Positions 60,085 through 64,000 of a stretch of 64,000 bases of DNA are shown here, piece after piece. The translations under genes and the position numbers were made by a program. Each line of letters starts with the position of its first letter. The first letter of the stretch is position 1. This stretch comes from Alkalispirochaeta sp. (GTDB lineage Bacteria; Spirochaetota; Spirochaetia; DSM-27196; Alkalispirochaetaceae): NCBI GenBank assembly GCA_965601925.1, contig OZ271854.1:1824001-1888000 (forward strand). Direction: 5' to 3'. The notes beneath the pieces were generated by a model, which was not told the DNA's origin, did not search any database, and worked only from the letters and a program-made list of their open reading frames with translations.

Positions 60085-61878
60085 TTACGATTTCTGCTCG
60101 TCCCGCTCTACGATCGCAAGGCCGAGTTCCGCGAGCTGTTTGTCGTCAACCGGGCTCGGGCTGTCGTCCATCGGGGAGAGCCCGTTGGCCGTTTTGGGAA
60201 AGGCGATGACCTCCCGGATCGACTCCTCGCCGGCCATAAGCATCACCAAGCGAGCAAGGCCCGCGGCGATTCCACCGTGCGGCGGCGGCCCGTACCGAAA
60301 GGCCTCCAGGAGGAATCCGAAGCGGCGCTCGGCCTCCGCAGGATCAAATCCGAGGAGGGCGAAGATACGACTCTGGAGCGCCGGATCGTGGATACGAATG
60401 CTCCCCGAGGCCATCTCGTAGCCGTTGCAAACCAAGTCGTAGAGATCTCCTTTGACCGAACCGGGGTCGTCTTCAAACGTGTCGAGGTAGCGCTCCTGGG
60501 GCATGGTGAACATATGGTGCGTCGCCTCCCATCGCTCCTCGTCCTCGTTGTACTCGAAAAGCGGAAAGTCCACGACCCACGCGAAGTGAAACGTCCCCGC
60601 CTCAGCGAGCCGGAGATCTTTGCCGAGACGACTGCGCACGGCGCCGAGAGCCGTGACCGCGACTTTCCACGTATCGGCCACAAAGAGAAGGAGGTCACCC
60701 GTCGCGGCGCCGAGCGCCGTGGCGATCTCTTGTGCACGCGGTGCGAAAAACTTCCCGATCCCGCCGTCAAGGGTCACTCCGCCGTCTCCCTCCGCGACCC
60801 GCGTCCACGCAAGACCCTTGGCGCCGTAGGTCTTCGCAGTTTCCTCGAGCTCGCCGATCTGCTTGCGGCTGAAGTCCGCTTTCCCGGGAACGACTAACGC
60901 CTTGACCGCACCGCCGGAGGCGAGGACCCCTTCGAATACGCCGAAGCCGCTCCCGTCCACGAAGGGATCGAACGATTGCAACTCCACGTCGAAACGCAGG
61001 TCGGGCTTATCGGTGCCGTACCGATTCATCGCGTCGTCGTAGGGTATGCGCTCGAAGGTCGCGGGAAGTTCGACCCCGATCGTCGTGCGAAAGACGTGAC
61101 CCAGCATTCCCTCGATAACGGTGAAGACGTCTTCTTTGCCGACGAAACTCATCTCCATGTCGATCTGCGTGTGCTCGAGCTGCCTGTCTCCCCGAGCATC
61201 CTCGTCACGGAAGCAGTGAGCGAGCTGAAAGTAACGGTCGAAGCCCGACACCATGAGGATCTGCTTGTACAATTGGGGACTTTGCGGCATCGCGTAGAAG
61301 TTTCCGGGATGAAGCCGCGACGGAATCAGGAAGTCTCTGGCACCCTCCGGCGTACTCTTGATCATCGTCGGCGTCTCGACTTCCACGAAGTCCAGGGAGG
61401 TGAGATACTCACGCATCGCCTGCATCACCTTACCGCGGAGGAGTATCTTACGCTGCATGGCGAATGTTCTAAGGTCGAGGTAGCGGTACTTGAAGCGGAC
61501 GTCGTCCCGAGCGTCGGACCGTTCATCGATCATGAATGGAAGGGGTTCGCACGCACTCAGTATCTCGATGCGTCGGGCGGCGACCTCAATCTCGCCGGTC
61601 GCCATATCGCGGTTGACCATCGTCTCCGGTCGTCGTCGTACGATACCTTCGACGGCGATGCAATACTCCATCCGCAGGCGTGACGCGGTATCTCGAAGCT
61701 CTTCGGATGCGTCCTCGTCGACGACGATTTGTGTGATGCCGTAACGATCTCGGAGATTCAAAAAGGAGACGCCGCCGTGGTCGCGCGTCCGGTGGACCCA
61801 TCCGTTGAGGATAACGGTGCGCTCGGCGTGCTCCGTGGTGAGCTCGCCGCAAGTGTGGGTGCGCTTCATCTGTTCCAT
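60085..61878 (-). CDS. aspS: Aspartate--tRNA ligase
   Basis: RTHTCGEL, TPEGARDF, PQSPQ, CFRDED and PPHGG motifs; GAD insert. Confidence 0.97.
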   Translation of the reverse strand: MEQMKRTHTCGELTTEHAERTVILNGWVHRTRDHGGVSFLNLRDRYGITQIVVDEDASEELRDTASRLRMEYCIAVEGIVRRRPETMVNRDMATGEIEVAARRIEILSACEPLPFMIDERSDARDDVRFKYRYLDLRTFAMQRKILLRGKVMQAMREYLTSLDFVEVETPTMIKSTPEGARDFLIPSRLHPGNFYAMPQSPQLYKQILMVSGFDRYFQLAHCFRDEDARGDRQLEHTQIDMEMSFVGKEDVFTVIEGMLGHVFRTTIGVELPATFERIPYDDAMNRYGTDKPDLRFDVELQSFDPFVDGSGFGVFEGVLASGGAVKALVVPGKADFSRKQIGELEETAKTYGAKGLAWTRVAEGDGGVTLDGGIGKFFAPRAQEIATALGAATGDLLLFVADTWKVAVTALGAVRSRLGKDLRLAEAGTFHFAWVVDFPLFEYNEDEERWEATHHMFTMPQERYLDTFEDDPGSVKGDLYDLVCNGYEMASGSIRIHDPALQSRIFALLGFDPAEAERRFGFLLEAFRYGPPPHGGIAAGLARLVMLMAGEESIREVIAFPKTANGLSPMDDSPSPVDDKQLAELGLAIVERDEQKS

Positions 61879-61924
61879 GGCGGCGACTGTACTACGCTCC
61901 GGCGCTTTAGTTCCACCGGTACTA

Positions 61925-62332
61925 TCAATCCCGCTCCGCGGCCTCTTCTTCCGACGAGTGCGCGGCGCGCCGTGCACCGGGTCTCCACAGCCACCGATCG
62001 AGATCGATGCGCCCGCCGGCGCTGACCGACACTCCCTCGTCGAGGAGCAGGGCGCGTTGCAGTTCGAATCCCCCGCCTCGGGGCAGGGCGATTTTGCCTT
62101 GGGAGTTGATGATCCGGTGCCAGGGAAGCGGGGATGAGCGATTCTCCTCAGCGTCGCTCCGGCCGGTCGTCGCGCCCTTTCGATTCCCCGGGCCCCTTCT
62201 GAGTACCCACACGACCGCTCGGGCGGCTCGCGGATTGCCGGCGAGCGCGGCTATCTGTCCGTAGGTAGCCACGCACCCACGGGGAACGGCTCGGATGAGG
62301 CGGGCAATGCGGTGGCTCAAAGACTCTTCCAC
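61925..62332 (-). CDS. Alkyltransferase-like (ATL/YbaZ, MGMT-family) DNA-binding protein
   Basis: ATYGQIA, ARAV and PWHR (Trp replaces the catalytic Cys), then LLDEGV. Confidence 0.9.
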   Translation of the reverse strand: MEESLSHRIARLIRAVPRGCVATYGQIAALAGNPRAARAVVWVLRRGPGNRKGATTGRSDAEENRSSPLPWHRIINSQGKIALPRGGGFELQRALLLDEGVSVSAGGRIDLDRWLWRPGARRAAHSSEEEAAERD

Positions 62333-62398
62333 GGTGTTATCCGCACAGTCGTGTGCGAACGCCGGTACACGCCGCTCGTTCCGACTCGGCGCCCATAT

Positions 62399-63013
62399 TC
62401 ATGTGAGTTGGGTGCTCGTGAGGATGACTGCCCCCGCGGCTTGCACCTCGTCGACGGCCCGCTCAAAGTCGCCGGCGGATAGATTGACCGCCCGCGTCGC
62501 GTCGGTGAGAACGGTCGTAGTGAACCCGAGGCTCAGAGCGTCCAGGGCCGTGAACTTCACGCAGTAGTCCGCCGCAAGACCGCACACTACGACGTGATCG
62601 ACACCGCGCTCCCTCAGAAACGCCTCCAGCCCGGTGGCGCTCCGGCGATCGTTATCGAAGAAGCCGGAGTAACTATCGATCCCCGCGTCCTCTCCCTTTC
62701 GTACCACGTGGTCGAACTCGGCAACGTCTATTCCCGAGGCAAAGGATGAGCCCGGGCAGTGCTGTATACAGTGGTCGGGCCACAGTATCTGCTCTACACC
62801 GTGCAGATTGACGACGTCTCCCGGGTTGTGTCCCACGTGACGGCTTGCGAAGCTTTCGTGATCGGCCGGATGCCAATCTTGAGTCGCGACGACAAGGCCG
62901 AAGGCGGGCATGATGCGATTTATCACCGGTACGACCGCATCGCCCTCCGGAACGGCGAGTGCTCCGCCGGGAAGGAAGTCGTTCTGTACATCCACGACAA
63001 TCAGCGCTTGCAT
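62399..63013 (-). CDS. pncA: Nicotinamidase/pyrazinamidase
   Basis: VDVQNDF, QDWHP, WPDHC, KG, YSGF and GLAADYCV motifs. Confidence 0.95.
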   Translation of the reverse strand: MQALIVVDVQNDFLPGGALAVPEGDAVVPVINRIMPAFGLVVATQDWHPADHESFASRHVGHNPGDVVNLHGVEQILWPDHCIQHCPGSSFASGIDVAEFDHVVRKGEDAGIDSYSGFFDNDRRSATGLEAFLRERGVDHVVVCGLAADYCVKFTALDALSLGFTTTVLTDATRAVNLSAGDFERAVDEVQAAGAVILTSTQLT

Positions 63014-63343
63014 GACGAGAAGGTACTACCGAATCGTCGCGACGTCTCCCCAGTACTCTATTAGTTGAGACCGGACGGTGGTTTCGATCACTCAGGCAGA
63101 CCCTTCGGATCAGAAGTCGTGCTCGCCACCACCGTCCGGTCACGCGTATCGTTGCAAGGGAGACTTGTCCTCGGATGGAATGTGTTAGGGACGGACCGGT
63201 TGCATACTTCGCATGCAACCGGTCCTACATACCGATGATGCGCCCTCGGGACGATGTCCCTGTTACTCGCGTTCCTCGTAACTGCGGTACACGAGCGAGG
63301 TCAGTGATCGAGGCGCGCATCCTTCGGTGAATCGGAGACTGAG

Positions 63344-64000
63344 CTACAGCGACAGAGCGAAGCTTTCGTCACCCAGTACTTTGTGCTCTCCGTTGTAGTC
63401 GCGGATGCCGCCCACGTTGTAGACGTGTTCGTACCCCAGCGCCTCCAAGGCCTCCATGGTGTACCCGGCGCGTGTACCGGAGCCGCACATCAGGAAGACT
63501 TCGCGATCCTTGGGGCCGAAGATGTTCTCCAGCACCGCGGCGTTCGCGATGTCGGCCTCGGAAAACTCCCATCCGTTGGTGCGCACCAGGGCATTCCCTT
63601 CCAAGTATTCGAAGAACGACACCACTTCGAAGCCGTCGATATAACCGCCGGTGTACTTGTCGGCGACGTTACGAAGATCGACGTACTTGGCCCCCGGGCG
63701 ACCCAAATAGTTGTCGATATTCGCCATAGTGATCTCCGCCGGTAGCGCCCGCTCACCGACGTACGCGCCGTCGCCGAGGACCTTGTTTTCGCCGTTGTAG
63801 TCGCGAATACCGCCGGCGTTGATGACGCTCGCATACCCCAGTGCCTCCAAGGCCTCTTTGGTGTACCCGGCGCGGGTACCGGAGCCGCACATCAACACGA
63901 TGACCTCGTCTTTGGGGCCGAACACGTTCTCCAGGATCGCCGGATTGACGATGTCGGCCTCGGAGAACTCCCATCCGTTGGTGCGGACTACGGCGCGTCC
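63344..64000 (-). CDS. Multi-repeat rhodanese-like protein, C-terminal part (runs off window end)
   Basis: Frame is open to base 64000; two copies of LMCGSGTRAGY...GGIRDY and one of YVDLRN. Confidence 0.88.
   Translation of the reverse strand, partial: GRAVVRTNGWEFSEADIVNPAILENVFGPKDEVIVLMCGSGTRAGYTKEALEALGYASVINAGGIRDYNGENKVLGDGAYVGERALPAEITMANIDNYLGRPGAKYVDLRNVADKYTGGYIDGFEVVSFFEYLEGNALVRTNGWEFSEADIANAAVLENIFGPKDREVFLMCGSGTRAGYTMEALEALGYEHVYNVGGIRDYNGEHKVLGDESFALSL
63370..64000. repeat. Intragenic tandem duplication, period 402 bp (134 aa)
   Basis: ATCCGTTGGTGCG occurs at 63571 and 63973; ACCGGAGCCGCACATCA and CCGTTGTAGTCGCG are also duplicated. Confidence 0.85.

Noticed and set aside
63067..63143. 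SRP (4.5S) RNA as the identity of the long hairpin
   Set aside because: Lacks the CAGG...GNRA...AGCAG domain IV signature on both strands.
63069..63225. NAD-related riboswitch controlling pncA
   Set aside because: pncA has its own -10 6 nt before the ATG, so the hairpins probably lie outside its leader; no known aptamer motif recognised.
1..64000. CRISPR arrays, transposases, integrases, prophage, defence genes, rRNA/tRNA
   Set aside because: No regularly spaced repeats, no DDE, recombinase, RT or nuclease motifs, and no cloverleaf or rRNA sequence recognised by eye.

Overview
GC-rich bacterial chromosomal window. It probably comes from a free-living Spirochaetia (Spirochaeta/Alkalispirochaeta-like); this is inferred from the Tro operon, the 'A-x-G-x-x-E' binding-protein signal peptides and the cyclophilin-FKBP fusion. 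Housekeeping and sugar genes: leuB (partial), HAD nucleotidase, tkt, xylB, radA, serA, avtA, aspS, pncA, dps. Transport and catabolic loci: an 8-gene TonB-dependent B12 uptake operon under a cobalamin riboswitch, with three accessory lipoproteins; a Tro-type Mn/Zn ABC operon whose permeases carry DtxR-like winged-helix tails and a six-cysteine insertion; a TetR-controlled HlyD/ABC/TolC exporter; and an L-rhamnose cluster with two unrelated isomerases. No rRNA, tRNA, CRISPR array, transposase, integrase or phage gene was recognised. Best leads for something undescribed: the B12-capture lipoprotein set, the Tro permease-regulator and Cys-insert architecture, and an apparently widespread leaderless promoter layout. 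All assignments come from reading motifs by eye; no database search was run.
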